Assembly: GCA_964016885.1 (NCBI GenBank) | Contig: OZ024743.1 | Span: forward strand, 286,564,001-286,628,000 | Reading direction: 5' to 3' | From: Eledone cirrhosa | Taxonomy: Eukaryota | DNA length: 64,000 nucleotides | In this document: piece after piece, positions 12,101 to 26,900 of the stretch | How the letters are laid out: every line of letters starts with the position of its first letter | Numbering within the stretch: position 1 is the first letter of the stretch | Notes under the pieces: model-generated | What the model was told of the DNA's origin: nothing | The model's database searches: none | Seen by the model: the letters and a program-made list of their open reading frames with translations, nothing else | Made by a program: the position numbers and the translations under genes

Positions 12101-15100
12101 GTCACAAAAAATAATCAAGTGTTAACTGAGAAGGATAACTTCACAACGCTGAAGCATGGCACAAACTACCTACATCAGTTGTTAGCTGCCGAAACACTGC
12201 ATCCTTTAAAACCTCCATGCTTCCTGAAATTTGCCAACACTACACCTGATATGCCCCTCCATACACACGCACACATGTATATGATTCATACACTGTTCAC
12301 TTTCCTGACATTTGTACATTATTCTATGTACTATACATGCACCTTTGATGAGTTGTAGTGCACCTGAGCACTGTACACAATAATTTCATTATTATTATAT
12401 TGCTGTATCTAAACTACAAATAATTTAAGAAAGTGATTAGTTATCACTTTACCAATACAATCTAGTAATATAAAGCTTGTTACAAGAGTACTAGGTAAGT
12501 GATCAGCTATAGCAGAAATAGATATTAATGTTAAAGTAGGGATGGGAACCTTCTTAGATGTTTCAATTCTTTACACAACACAACATATCCTTCTTTTCTA
12601 TCTCATTCAATAGAACACTACATGTATCAATGTGTGACAGGAAACCCCAAAACCCACCTTCACTTTAAAAAAGGAAATATTTGATAATGTAGAGTTGAAT
12701 AGACTGTATAAAAATAAGGTAGGATGGTATGGTTGGAAAGTTTTAATTAGAGTTGACCTGGGACTTAACAAGGATGTGTGATATACAAAACAAATTTAAG
12801 GGAGGTAATTCTATTAAATCGCCTTAAAAATGAGAAAAGCATTCTTACAGATAAAATAAAATTACATTTGATCTTTTCAACATAACTTCAATATAGTATG
12901 GACTCATAACTCCTGAGGGAGTTGACAAACAGCATTTCTTAGGACATTTTGTAAACTTGGAGGAGCCCATCACCTCTCCAAGCGTGAGTAGATCAGATTT
13001 CTTCTAGAGAAGGATAGAGAGTGATAGGAAGGAAGTGAGAATAAGATATATAGAATCAGTAGTACTAGATTGGCACTTTTTTATCAACCTCGAATGGATG
13101 AAAGGTGAAGTTGACCTTGGCGAACTGAGAGAGCAGAGAGCCACAATGTATACTGCAAAGCACTATATCTGACGTTCTAATGACTCTGCCAACCCACGTC
13201 TAAATAAGAAACGATTCATTTATACATGTAAAGATTGACTTTGTCTTTTATCTTTCTAAGATCAATAAAATAAATACCAGTTTACAAGTACTAGATGGGG
13301 GAAGAGGCGTGATATAATTAACCAAAACACTTGAAGGCAGTGCTCCAAAATGATCACTGTCCAATTTTAGGTTGGATAGGATTCCAAGTTTTGCTTTCAA
13401 TGACTAATTCATCTAATGAAAGTGAAATGCAGGATACTGTGGGGGGAAGGAGAGGGAAAGATAAATAGATAGGTAGAGAGAGAGTTATGTAAGTGGGATG
13501 TTGCCCCCAGTCTGTCTGTGAGGTCAGTAACTCTGATTAAGTACTGGCTTGGTCTGTGACGACCCAGCAAACCCTTCATAGCAGGAGAATGGACATTAAA
13601 TGATGATGAAAAAAGGTTTTGCAGCTAATTCATTTTCTTGAGTTAATTCCGCAACGTCATGTAGATGTAAAATAAGACAGAAGTTAAATGACTAATGAAA
13701 AGTAGATTATGTACTTTGTATGTGAGAAAAATACATGTTTTAGCATCCCGTCTAACCCATGCTAGCGTGGAAGAATGGATGTAAAACGGTGATGATGAAG
13801 ATGATATTTCATTTTAATTTATAACAGGACATATTCTTGTTTCTGACAGTGAGGATATATCAGTTGGAAGTGAGAATAATGATTCCAAAATGAGTACATA
13901 TCACTTCAAAGTGAGAATAGCGATTCCATAGTGAGCTCATGTCACTTAACCCTTTAGTGTTCAAATCGGCCAAAACCGGCCAGAATTCTCTACCTCTTTC
14001 TGTTGAAACTGGCTGTAACTGGTTGCTCAAACTGATGTTAAGGTATTGTTCTCAAAATAAATACTTTCAAAATCTCATAGATTCGATATTATGTGAGATA
14101 TTATGCGAGGTAAAGCCTTTACCATGAAAATATAATAGTATATATAAAATAATGTGAATGCAAACTTACTTGATTGAATTAATCAAGAATACATAATGTA
14201 TATTCTCAGAGAAAATGTAGCTGGAAAGACTTTATTAGTTGAATACAATGTCATAAACAAAACAAAATGGAAAGACTGCTCTTTTTTAATTATAACTAGG
14301 TTGTTACCCATCACTATGTTGCTGGTTAAATACATGCACACACACACACACAAAGAACCAGAAAAATAACTATATGTATTATATATACATACAGGTGTGA
14401 CGGACATATGTTATGGTCTTTTTTTAAAGTCTTTGTTGCCTTCATCATCATCATCATCATCATCATCGTTTAACGTCCATCTTCCACGCTTGCATGGGTT
14501 TGGACGGGAGTTTTCCCACTTGAGGCAAGGGTGGTTGTCTTGCTCGCATAGGACTGTCTGGCGGGTTTTTTACGGCTGGATGCCCTTCCTAACACCAACC
14601 ACGTTTACAGTGTGGACTGGGAGGTTTTTACCGTGTTGCCTTGTCTATATTAAAGGACAAACACGTTTTTTCCCTACACGTTATACTTAAAATGCTTGTT
14701 TTCAATCAAAACTCTTTAGTTACTATGGTGACAACACTCTATCTATCTATCTTTCCCATATTCTCTCTCTCTCTCACTGTATTTTCTCTCAACCACAACT
14801 TTTCACTTCTCCATATATGTGTGACAGACAGTGGAAGAAACAGCTTCTCTTTTATAATATAGACTGTAATGGCTCATTTTCTATAGAATTATTGCACTGA
14901 TAAAATCTGACAGAGTGTGCGACTTCTGAAATTGTTGCCCAAGCATATGTTTTAAGAACAATGTGACACCTAATCGCTGAAGAGTTAAACTGCTTAATCA
15001 TAGAACGGTGTTTTTGTATTGATTACAAAAACAGCACCAAGTGATAACTGAACAAAGAAGACACAAGTGCCTAATGTTGTTTGCTGTCAACTTTTAGATT

Positions 15101-18100
15101 ATTATGATCATGAATAAGAACCATTGCTGGTACTAAGTAGATTCACATTGTTGACATTACAAATGATGTTACTATGTTATTTAAGGCTCTCTATTCATCT
15201 CACAAAATATCATAGCCAAATCTTTTTGTGTTAATCTTCTTTTGAAATCACTATTCTCACTTTGATCTGACATATGCTCACTTTGAAACCATTATTCTAA
15301 ATTTTAAACTAATATTTCTTCACTTAGAATTACAAATATTGCAGCATGAACACTTTTTTTTTTTAAATGTAAAAAAGTAAGTTATATAAAGATCTAAGAC
15401 AATTCTTTCATACTTCACAAATTAATTTTATCCATATTAAAAAAATAAATTTAGAAAAAACATCAAATTAATTTTCCATCAACAAATTTATTTATCTACT
15501 CATCTTGGTTTTTAGAATAGATTAGAAGCAATTAAAAAGGTTGATGTCAGGAGGGGAATCAAACTGTAAAATACTACATCAAAAAGACCCATTCAAACTA
15601 TACTAGAATAGAAAAGTTCATGTAAAACTGATGATGAAGATGATGATGATGTTCATAACTTCTATAAAAAAAAAAGGCCAAAAGATAAAATAAACAAGTT
15701 AAGGCTCACCTTTTGGCTTTCTCCCTTTCTCTTTGTTCCACAGAAGGTTTACACTGTAGTGATGTCAATCGTTCTTTATCATTATCCTCCTTCATTTGTG
15801 CAAAAGGATGTCGTCCAACCTCGGGGCCATCAGGTGATCGGAATTCCTGATTAAGATCTATGGTTTCATCAAACTCTTTTCCTTGTGTTTCTGGAAATGA
15901 AGGAATTATTTTGAGTTTCATACAGAAAAAAAAAGGAAAGAAAAGGAACTAGTAAAAGGTCTAAAAACATATTCAAAACTGAAACTATTTTTTATTGCAT
16001 AACTTCCTTACATTATGGAGTTAAATCAACCAAATAGGGCAGTAATGATGTTTATCAATGTTACTCACAAATCGCTAAAGAATATTGATCTGTTGCACCT
16101 CTTTAAAGAATCTATAGAAGTTTAGCCAATGAGGATCATTGAAAAAAGACATTACATCATATGGTCCAAGGTAGTTATTCCTGAAGATAACTTTATAGTT
16201 GAAATGCCTTTGATAATAGGAAAGCTTTATCTGGGCTAATTTGGCGATAAACAGAAACCTTGAAGGTGTTCTTGTTTGTTTTCAATCTCTTAGGTATATT
16301 GTGGTTTTAAAATTGAAGTTAAAAGTATTCAAAAATGTTAATATAACACTTTCAACTTAGAACTATGAGTACCCCTCCTTATCATCATCATTTAACACCC
16401 ATTTTTCTATGCAGGTATGTGTTAAATGGATGAATCTAAAAATATTGCCAAACATTTCATTTTTTTGTTATATTTTCTGCGAGGTTAAATCTCATAAGAT
16501 TAAATTTCACTACTAACTTCCATCTTCTTCCTTTTTCTTTATAAGTTAGTTGGTGCACATGACTTTTGCAGGCTTTTCAACACTGATAAGATTGCTGTGG
16601 TTGATGTTCAACTTGAGCATCTGTACACTTATTTGTAAGAAAAATACAAATGGGTTTCTAAATTCCAGAGGGTTGCTGTTCTATTGAGGAATAATTAGGT
16701 TAAATGTTTAGTTTAGAATTAGGAAGGTGAGACACAATAGAGATAACAAAGGGAGAGATGGATATGCTAGATGGACCCAAATTGAGTAGGTAAGCAATTC
16801 AGCTAAAAAAGCAGAGGTATTTGTTGTAGTTTGTTTGTGATTAGATATTTGCCAATCAGGCATATAGCCTTCTCTTGGATATTAATCTAGGATGTCTGGG
16901 TGTGTAACAGCAGCACCATCCTATATACACAGTATAACTCCAATGTCAGTCTTACTTCAGCTATACACAGGATCAGCAAGTGACCAGGACAGAAGTATAT
17001 TTTGAACTTGAAGAGAGAGCCTACTGTTTGGGATGCAGGTTGTGCTATAAATGTGAGGTAGCCATAAGAGATCTGTAGATATTGTAAAACAGCATTTGTA
17101 GCGATTTTGAAGACTTTAATTGGTTGTTGTTGATATGTCAAGTGAGTGTGATATAATACTGTTTCCTTCATATGTAACAATTGGGTCTGTGTGCTATTGA
17201 AATGGAGTAAGTTGTCATTTTACCATTAAAAGATGTTTTTTCATAGAGGAAGTGCTTGTTAAGGATTAGTGAAGAGTGATATCTGTTCTACTGTAGGTGA
17301 ACCACATAGGGGATTTGGTGTTATAAGCTTTACTAGTGTGAGAGATATGAATGGATATCCAAAGAAGCATGATTCAGTGGTTGGCTTAACTGTCATGGAA
17401 TAGTCATGAGTGAGACACATTTGTTAACAACAGTAAAACTAGTAGAGCTACCAACTATAAATCTGGTGTAGCTCTGACTTTTGAATTAAAATTTTTCCAT
17501 CCTTAAATCTTGAAATAATTGAATTTCACTTTAATGTGACCTATTAAATTGAATTCTTGCTTTAGCAAAAGTCACAAATTGATGAAGGCAAGTATAGTTG
17601 ATTGATTTAATTCCCACTATTGCTGATACATATTTTATCAGCCCCACACAAATGAAAGACAAATATGATTATAGTTAAATTTGAAATCAGATCATAAAGA
17701 AAAGCAACTAAATTCTACAAGGCCATTCGGTTTATTAAATTAATAAAGTAAATAAACAAAGTATTCATGAGGTTAAGACACTGTTTTATAGACATTATGC
17801 AGTATTAGTAGAGGGTCGGACGCTATGCTTTGACGCATAGAGTTACGGCCCTTGCTATTCTGAATTCGAATCCCGCCGAGGTTAACTTTGCTTTCATCCT
17901 TACGAGGTCGATAAAATAAAGTACCAGTAATACACTAGGTTTTTGCTGGCCTTGTGCCAAAAAGTAGAAACGATTATATCCATTGCACTATAATCTAAGA
18001 CAAGGTACATAACTCTACCCGACATCACTCAAAATAGTTTTTAGTAGTTAGCAATGTAAAAAGTACCCCACATATAAAATATTTTCTATAGCAATATCCA

Positions 18101-21100
18101 TTCAAGCTCTGTACCAGCATGAAAAAAGAATAAAAAATTAAAAAATGGTGAATGACAAAATCGATTATGTTTGGTAATATCGTCGTTCTGAGTTCAAATC
18201 CTACCTAACTTAACTGGGCTTTACAAAATTGATAAACCAGTAAAATATTAGATCGATACAGTTGACTATATCATTGATGACGATGCCCCAAAGACTGAAA
18301 CCAGAAAAAGAATAAAAGAAAACTTCCCAGTGTATTACACTTCCATTCAACAAACAATCAGATACATATCTACAAGTTCAATACTTACTTAAAGCAGCAA
18401 ATACCGGTTTATCTATTATTCTAATTTTCCGTTCAGGTATTACAGGCTCTCCATCATCATTTCCAATATTTTCAGGTAAATATTCCATAGCTTCCATTTC
18501 TTCTTTCCAGTTCCGTGGGAAATACAATGGCATTAATTGCTGATAAACTTCCTAGAGAAGTAAATAAAACATAAGTATTATGATCTTAAGCTTTACTGCA
18601 GGCATTGTGTTCTTAAGACAAATATATATATATCTATTCACTTCAACCTGTCTAGATGAATAAGCATAACAGATATTAATGGCTTGAAAATACATTTAAA
18701 TAATTTAATTTTTCTTTGTATCTTGGAAAGGATTAGTGTTGGTGGTAGTGGTTAGTCAAACCTGATGAAGCCAACCTATGATCAAAGACATTCCATCAAT
18801 GACTATCCCCCTTATGTCCTTTTAAGAGCATATAGGGATATATTATCTAATGTGTTTTTTTTCCTATATATGATAGCCGGGTGTAATTTGAGGGAGATTT
18901 GGTCACTTCTAGCAGATCAAATTGATGGCCAGATTGACATTTGCATTGCAAGGAAGACTTAATGTTCTATGGCCCAGTTCACCTAACTCTAAACATCCAC
19001 CATGAATTGGTACAGCTTCCTGCTGCAAACAGTGAAAGTGCCATATAATTAATGATTGTGTAATTGGTTTGATGTGCTGAGCTGAAGTCCTGATTTGATT
19101 TATAATGAAGGATCACATTACAGTAGTTCTCAATAAATTTAATCTAAAATGGTTAATTGTCAAATCCTATTTACAATCATAGAAATTTTCATTTTTGATG
19201 TGTTAACTGAAAATTCGGTGACAAATAACTGAATAAACCACTTCCAATACCAATCAAGGTAATCAACACTGGAAAATTGCTATATTGATATGGGTTATAA
19301 AAGTTTAAATTTAGTAAATGTACAAGTGAGTGTAGTCTTCATCATCACTGTTTAACGTCCATTTTTCCATGGGTTAGACGAGTTGTCCTGTTGTGAGACA
19401 AGCCAGATCAGGTGACCATGTCTTGCTCATACAGAACTGATTTTGGCTTGGTTTCTATGGCTTGATGCCTTTACTAATGCAACCACATTTACAGTGTGTA
19501 CTGGGGGCTTTTTTATCATGACACCTATAAATGAAATATAGAGTTATGTTTATGTATTTGTTTTGCAAGATTGTTGATATGAAATCGTGTGTTGAAACTG
19601 ATATTGTTATATTTGGGGATGGTCAGAATGTGTGACAAAAGAAATTCGACAAACTAACAAATAACTAGTTATAAAAATAAAGTGAAAATCATATGGTGCA
19701 CATGTTTCTTTTTAGTGGTAATACTGGCATCATGACCATACCCAAATATAAAGTAACTATCATAAAAATAATACACTTGATCTCATGACAACCACTTTGT
19801 GCTAGATTTGTCTGAGAAGTGGTAATTTGATATCTTGCTCCTTATCTCTTGCTCTATCACAGTGTTGACAAGACATATCTACTGTCTAGATGGTCTGTGG
19901 TAGAACAGCAGCTATCTATAGATATCTACCTCTATATCTATCTTTGGACAATAAAGAACATCTATCTATCTTTTAGAGTAAGCGTTTAAAATACCATTGT
20001 ATTTAAAACATGAAAACTTTAACTGAATAAACATTCAATACTAGTAGGCAGCGTGTAAATTTTATTTTCTGAGTAGAAAAGTGTCAGTGACTTTGAAAGT
20101 TCAGCTTGGTTGGTTCATTTGGCTGCATCTTATTGTAGGGTCAAACTTCTTTATATAGAGTTAAGCATGTCTGGGTAGTAGTAGGAGGTTGTGGGGGTGG
20201 GAAATCTATTTGTGGTTGGGTACCAAATGTGTGTGCATGTGTATGTGTATGTATGTTTGATTAATTTTGTATGTGTGTATGTGTGTTTTTAGCTGATGCG
20301 CTGTGGGTGTTAAAGTGGTGGCATATATTTTTTTTTAAAATGAATTAGCATATTGGCAAATCATTGGCAGATTTAGTGCATTATGAACAGGAGTAGCGAG
20401 CTGTAATTAGTGAAAGAATTTTAATGTGTTTGTTTGTCATTCTGATGTGGGTTAAGTCTGTCAGGTTAGATCAGAGGTATGATGGTTGGATAATCTATTT
20501 GTGATGTGATACCAAATGTGTGTGTGTGTGTATATATATATCATCATCACCATTTTACGTCCGTTCTTCCACGCTAGCATGGGTTAGATGGGTTGTCCTG
20601 TTGTGGGCAGTGTCCGGTCGACTGACCTTGTCTTCTCATACGGGAACTGATTCTGGCTTGATTACTACAGCTGGATGCCCTTCCTAACACCAACCTCATT
20701 TACAGTGAGTGCCTACACGTCCACTTTACAGTGTGAGCTTGGTGCTTTTTTGCCGTAGCACCTCAACGACCACTTTGCAGTGGAAAGATAGAGACCCCAG
20801 TCCTAGCATCTCATTTCTACAGCTGAGTAAACTGGAGCAATGTGAAATAAAATGTCTTGCTCAAAGAAACAACACATCACCCAGTCCAAGATCATCATCA
20901 TTATTTTATGTCCGCTTTTCCCTGCTTGCAAGGGTGGGACGGGTCTTATTCAGCAAAGCATCTCTCCACTTGTCACGGTCCTTCGTCATCTCCACCGTGA
21001 GCTTCAGTGATCTGAGGTCTGTTCTCACCACCTCCGCCCATGTTTTTCGTGGTCTACCTCTACCACGTCTTCCTTCAATTGGCATTTCTTGGCACTTCTT

Positions 21101-22892
21101 CCCCCATGCGCATCACATGTCCATACCACTGCAGTCTCCTCTCTCACACACTACATTCTATCCCTCTCAGACAGTTTCTCTCAACACATCCATGCTGGAT
21201 CATTCATGCACATTGACATTGCACATCCAATGGAGCATGCTTGCCTCATTTCTCTCCAGCTGTCGCATATCCTCTGCAGTTGCTGCCCAAGTCTCACTAC
21301 CATGCAGCATCACGCTCCTCACACAGGCATCATATAACCGGCCTTTCGTACGCAGGGAGAAACCCTTCTTCATCAGCAGAGGAAGCAGCTCCCTAAACTT
21401 CTTCCAACCCTTCTTTATTCTAGATACTATGGCCTCGGAATACCCCCCTCCCATGCTAATCTGATCTCCTAGGTACCGGAAGCTACCACTTCTATAGTAC
21501 CCGCCTGCATTTGTGTCTATCAATGCGACTTCTACTGTCTAATTTTCCTGTACATCTATTGCATACATATTTCTCCCTACCTGTTAGTTTGCCTGCTATC
21601 CCATTACATCTCTTGTGTACCCAGGATCTGCATTGTGTGCATTTTATAGAATTTATGCCAGTTCTTTTTCTGCATATCGAACATAGCCATTTCCCTGACG
21701 GAAGAGTTTTGTCCTCTTTTCTACTCATCAACACTTTTGTCTTAGCTAGTTTCACTCTCAGTCCTCTTGCTTCCAACTGCTGTTTCCATAGCCAGAATTT
21801 ATTCTCTAGCTCCTCTACTGATTCTGCTATAAGAACCAGATCATCAGCATAGAGAAGTTACCATGGACAGCCAATCTTAAACTCCTGTTATGGCTTGGAG
21901 GACTACAATGAACAAGAGCGGGCTGAGGACCGAACATTGATGTACTCCTACTTGTATCTGGAATTCCTCACCTCACTTTACTGACAGCACCTCTGTACAA
22001 AGTTTACACTGTCCTCACAAGCCATTCCTCAACACCTAGTTTCCTTAGGGACCACCAGATGACAGATCGGGGTACCCTATCAAAGGCCTTCTCTAGGTCA
22101 ACAAAGGCTAAGTATAGTGGCTTATTCTCTAAGAACCTCTCTTGTAATTGTCTCACCAAGAAGAGGGCATCTGTTGTACTTTTCCAAGGCACAAAACCAA
22201 ACAGCATCTCATCTAGTTTGACCTTTTCTCTAATATCCTTTCTGCCACGTTCATAACCTGTTCCATCAGTTTTATGCCCCTATAATTGCTCCTCTCCAGA
22301 GCATCCCCTTTACCTTTGTAGCAATTTATGAGAATACTGCTGCACCAGTCTTTGGGTATGACACCACCATATATAGCCTGATTGATGATGCATGCAACCA
22401 GTTTAGTGCCTACGTCCCCTGATGCCTTCAGCATCTCAGCAACTATCCCCGACGGTCCAGCACCCTTACCATTTTTCATTTCCTTCCTTAATCACCTCTT
22501 GGACCCTATATTCGTCAATCTCAATAGCTGGTCCCTCTGTCGGATCTACTGAGGGTAAGTTCTCTCTCTCCCATTTGTTCTCCACATTCATCAGTCTCTC
22601 AAAATGACATTTCCAGGCCTCCTTTTTCTGATAATTCGTGACACTAAGAACACCAACATAATTCCAGACACATTTATCTCCAACAACATCTAGATTTGCA
22701 TTGACACACTGCCTTGCAATGTGGAACACCGCACGCCTCTGATCTTCCCGTTGCAGAACATTGGCAAACCTCCTACTCTCAGCCTCCCTGCGTGCTAAGT
22801 ACACCTGGCATCTAGCTTCTCTCTTAGCGGCTGTATATCCTTCTCTACTCCCACCCTTTTTCCAAGCCTTCCATGCCAGTCTTTTGTCTCTA

Positions 22893-22954
<62 letters not shown>

Positions 22955-23936
22955 TTATCATCGTTTATCTCTAAGATATATATATATATATTTATCATCG
23001 TTTAATGTCTATCTTCCATACTAGCATCAGTTATACGGGAATTGTCCCACTTGAGGCACGATTGATTGGGTGACCGTGTCTCACTCGTATAGGACTGTAT
23101 CTGGCAGGTTTTCTATGGCTAGATGCCCTTCCTAACACCAACTACTTTTCACCGTGTCTCCTACACGACCACTTTACAGTGTGGACTGGGTGCTTTTTGT
23201 TGTGACACCTATGGTATCAACATAACTTTACAGAGAAAAGGTGGTGTTGGTGGGAGTGGGAGGATGGAGTAGTAGTAGTGAGTTGGGGCGTGTATTTGGT
23301 TAAGAGGTGCCTACTGACTTTAGGTTTAAGTTCATACACAAGGGAAGGCGGGTCTTCTGTATTACTGCATAGCACCAAAGATCTCAATCCTGTGACATTG
23401 TCTTAGAGAGGTGCAAGTGTGCAAGGTCAGCTTTTATCACCTCATCCCAGGTCTTTCTGGGTCTACCTACTCCGTAGCTTCCATCAATTTTGATTGCCCT
23501 GCACTTTTTTATGCAGCTGTCGTCCTTCAAGCGCATCACATGACCATACCAACGTAATCTCCTCTCTAGTAAACTGCATCTGATCACATATATGTCTAAT
23601 TTCTCAGTTTGTTTACGCTTTGCTGTTCGTGTATGTTACCTTTATACATCCATAAGAGCATGCATGTTTAGTTTCTTTCCAATCTGCGCAGATCATCTGC
23701 ACACAAAGCCCAGATCTCACTACCATGTAATATAGCTGTTCGTATACAAGCATCATCCAATCTGCCTTTCATTTTTAGAGAGAAACCTTTTGTGGCCAAC
23801 AACGGTATTAGCACTCTGAACTTTTTTCATCCTGTTCTAACTCTGGCTACTGTACTTTCAGAACACCCTCCTTCACTGCTGATTTCATCACCCAGGTAAC
23901 GCAAAGTGTCTACTATTTATATAGAACCGTCTGGGG

Positions 23937-23967
<31 letters not shown>

Positions 23968-26900
23968 GATATCTTTGTAATAACAAAGTATACTGATATT
24001 TTTTATTTGTAACATTCCTACCATTAAAATAAAAAATGATACCTGAAACCAATAGTGTCTTTTTTTTTTGTGTATTTTTTTGTATTTCTTAAATAACTAA
24101 GTATTAGTAGTAAAGGTATGAGTCTATCTACCTACATACCTGTTTATCTATAGCTATCTATTTCTGTATGTACACCAATGTATTTGTCGTCAACAAAGCA
24201 CAAATCTCAATAGCAGTGCGAAAATAGATAGATATATAGGTAGAACAAAGTCATCATAATTTAGTGGATCATCATCATTATCACCGTTTTACGTCCATTC
24301 TTCCACGCTAGCATGGGTTAGACGGGTTGTCCTGTTGTGGACAGTGTCTGGTCGGCTGACCATGCCTTGCTCATACAGGAACTGATTTGGCTTGATTTCT
24401 ACAGCTGGATGCCCTTCCTAACACCAACCTCATTTACAGTGAGTGCTGGGTGCTTTTTCGTGGCGCCTACACGTCCACTTTACAGTGTGGGCTGGGTACT
24501 TTTTTGCCGTGGCACCTCCACGACCACCTTGCAGTGGGAGGGTGTGGAGGCATATTGTCTATATGCTTCAGCTTGTACCCATGGGAGGTCGGGTACTCTG
24601 TATTACCGCGTGACGCCAGAGGTCACGGTCATGTGTCATCGCCTTTGAGAAGTGTAATTGGGTAAGGTCGGCTTTTATCACCTCATCCCAGGTCATCTTG
24701 GGTCTCCCCACTCCGCGGTTTCCATTGACTTCTAGTGCTCTGCACCTTTTTATGCAGCTGTCATCCTTCATACGCATCACATGTCCATGCCAACGCAACC
24801 GCCTCTCCTGCACACATTTGATTCCTCTTATGCTCAGTCTCTCTCTCAATTCATTTATGCTTTGTCGTTCGCGTATATTACTATTACACATCCATCGGAG
24901 CATGCAGGCTTCGTTTCTCTCTAATCTACATAAGTCTTCCACCTTCAGCGCCCAGGTCTCACTACCATGTAACATTGCTGTTTGGATACACGCATCATAC
25001 AGTCTGCCTTTCATTTTGAGGGAGAAGCCTTTTGCAGCTAGCAGTGGCTGAAGTCCCTGAACTTCTTCCATCCCGTTCTTACCCTAGTTTATTGTACTTT
25101 CTGAACACCCACCACCGCTGCTAATTCGGTCACCTAGGTAGCAGAAACTGTCTACTGTCTCTACAGAGCCCTCCCAGAGATTGGTGGTACTTGTTTCCTG
25201 TGGCTGTTTGCTGCTTGCTGTCTCAGTACAGCTGCTGCATGTGAAGCCTACATTCTTAATTAAGCTTCCTGAGATCCCGCTACATCTCTTGTGTACCCAT
25301 TGTTTGCATTTGGGGCAGAGAATGGAGTTCCTACCTACACCTTTCCTACATACTGAGCAAGGCCATTTCCCTGAGGAGATCTGGGTTCTGTTTTCTCGTC
25401 TACTTACAAGGACCTTAGTCTTTGCCATGTTGACTTTGAGACCCTTTCTTTCTAGTCCCTGCTTCCAAGTTTGGAATTTCTTCTCTAGTTCTACCATAGA
25501 TTCAGCTATAAGTGCGAGGTCATCAGCATACAGGAGTTCCCATGGGCATCATCATCATCATTTCATTTTACGTCCGCTTTTCCCTGCTAGCAAGTGTGGG
25601 ACGGGAACTGATTCTGGCTTGATATCTACAGCTGGATGCCCTTCCTAACACCAACCTCATTTACAGTGAGTGCTGGGCGCTTTTTTGCCGTGGCACCTCC
25701 ACGACCACTTTGCAGTGGAATGATATGGACCCCAGTCCCTATCATCTCATTTCTACAGCTGAGTAAACTGGAGCAATGTGAAATAAAGTGTCTTGCTCAA
25801 GGAAACAACACATCACCCGGTCTGAGAATTGAACTCACAACCTTTCGATTGCAAGGCATCCGGTCTTAAACTCCTCCGTTATTGCCTGCAGGACTATGAT
25901 GAACAGGAGAGGGCTAAGAACAGAGCCCAGGTGGACACCAACCTGTACGCTAAATTCCTCACTATACTCATTGCTAATCCTAACTTTGCTGACTGCTCCC
26001 CTATACATGGCTTGTACCGCTTTCACAAGCCATTCATCTACTCCTAGTTTTCTAAGAGCCCACCAGATTACAGCACGTGGAACTCTGTCAAAGGCTTTCT
26101 CAAGATCGACGAATGCCAGGTAGAGTGGCTTACTTTTAGCTAGGTACTTTTCCTGTAACTGCCTCACAAGGAAGAGGGCATCAGTGGTGCCTCTTCCTGG
26201 TACAAACCCAAATTGCATCTCATCTAGTTTCACCCGGTCCCTAATCAACTGTGCTATAATTCTTTCTGTTACTTTCATGACCTGGTCCATCAGCTTTATA
26301 CTTCTATAGTTCCTCTATCGAGTGCATCACCTTTACCTTTGTAGCAGTTGACAATGATGCTACTGCACCAATCTTTTGGTATGACACCTAGTATTACCTG
26401 GTTAACAATACGTGTGGTTATAGTGTGACCTACAGACCCAGATGCCTTCAGCATCTCGGCAGTTATACCCGATGGACCGGTTGCCTTCCCCATCTTCATA
26501 TCTTTGATTGCTTTACTTACTGCGCTGCTGCTGACTTGTACTGCTGGCCCCTCTATAGGGTCTACTTGGGATAGGGTCTCTTCTTCCCATGCATTCTCCT
26601 CATTTAGTAATCTATCATAATGACTCTTCCATGCATCTTTCTTCTCAGCACTTGTGAGGGCAAGCTCACCTTTATCATTCCGGATACACTTCTCTCCAAT
26701 GACATCACAATTCTCTCTGACACACTGCCTCGCAATCTTGAGCACTTCCTGTTTCTGGTCCTCACGTTGCAAAACATGCTTGAATTTTCTATCCTCTGCT
26801 TCTCTCCTAGCTAAGTATACTTATCGCCTAGCTTCCATCTTGGTCTCTATGTAATGTACCCTGCTCCCCCCCCCTTCTTCCATTCTTTCCATGCCTGTCT

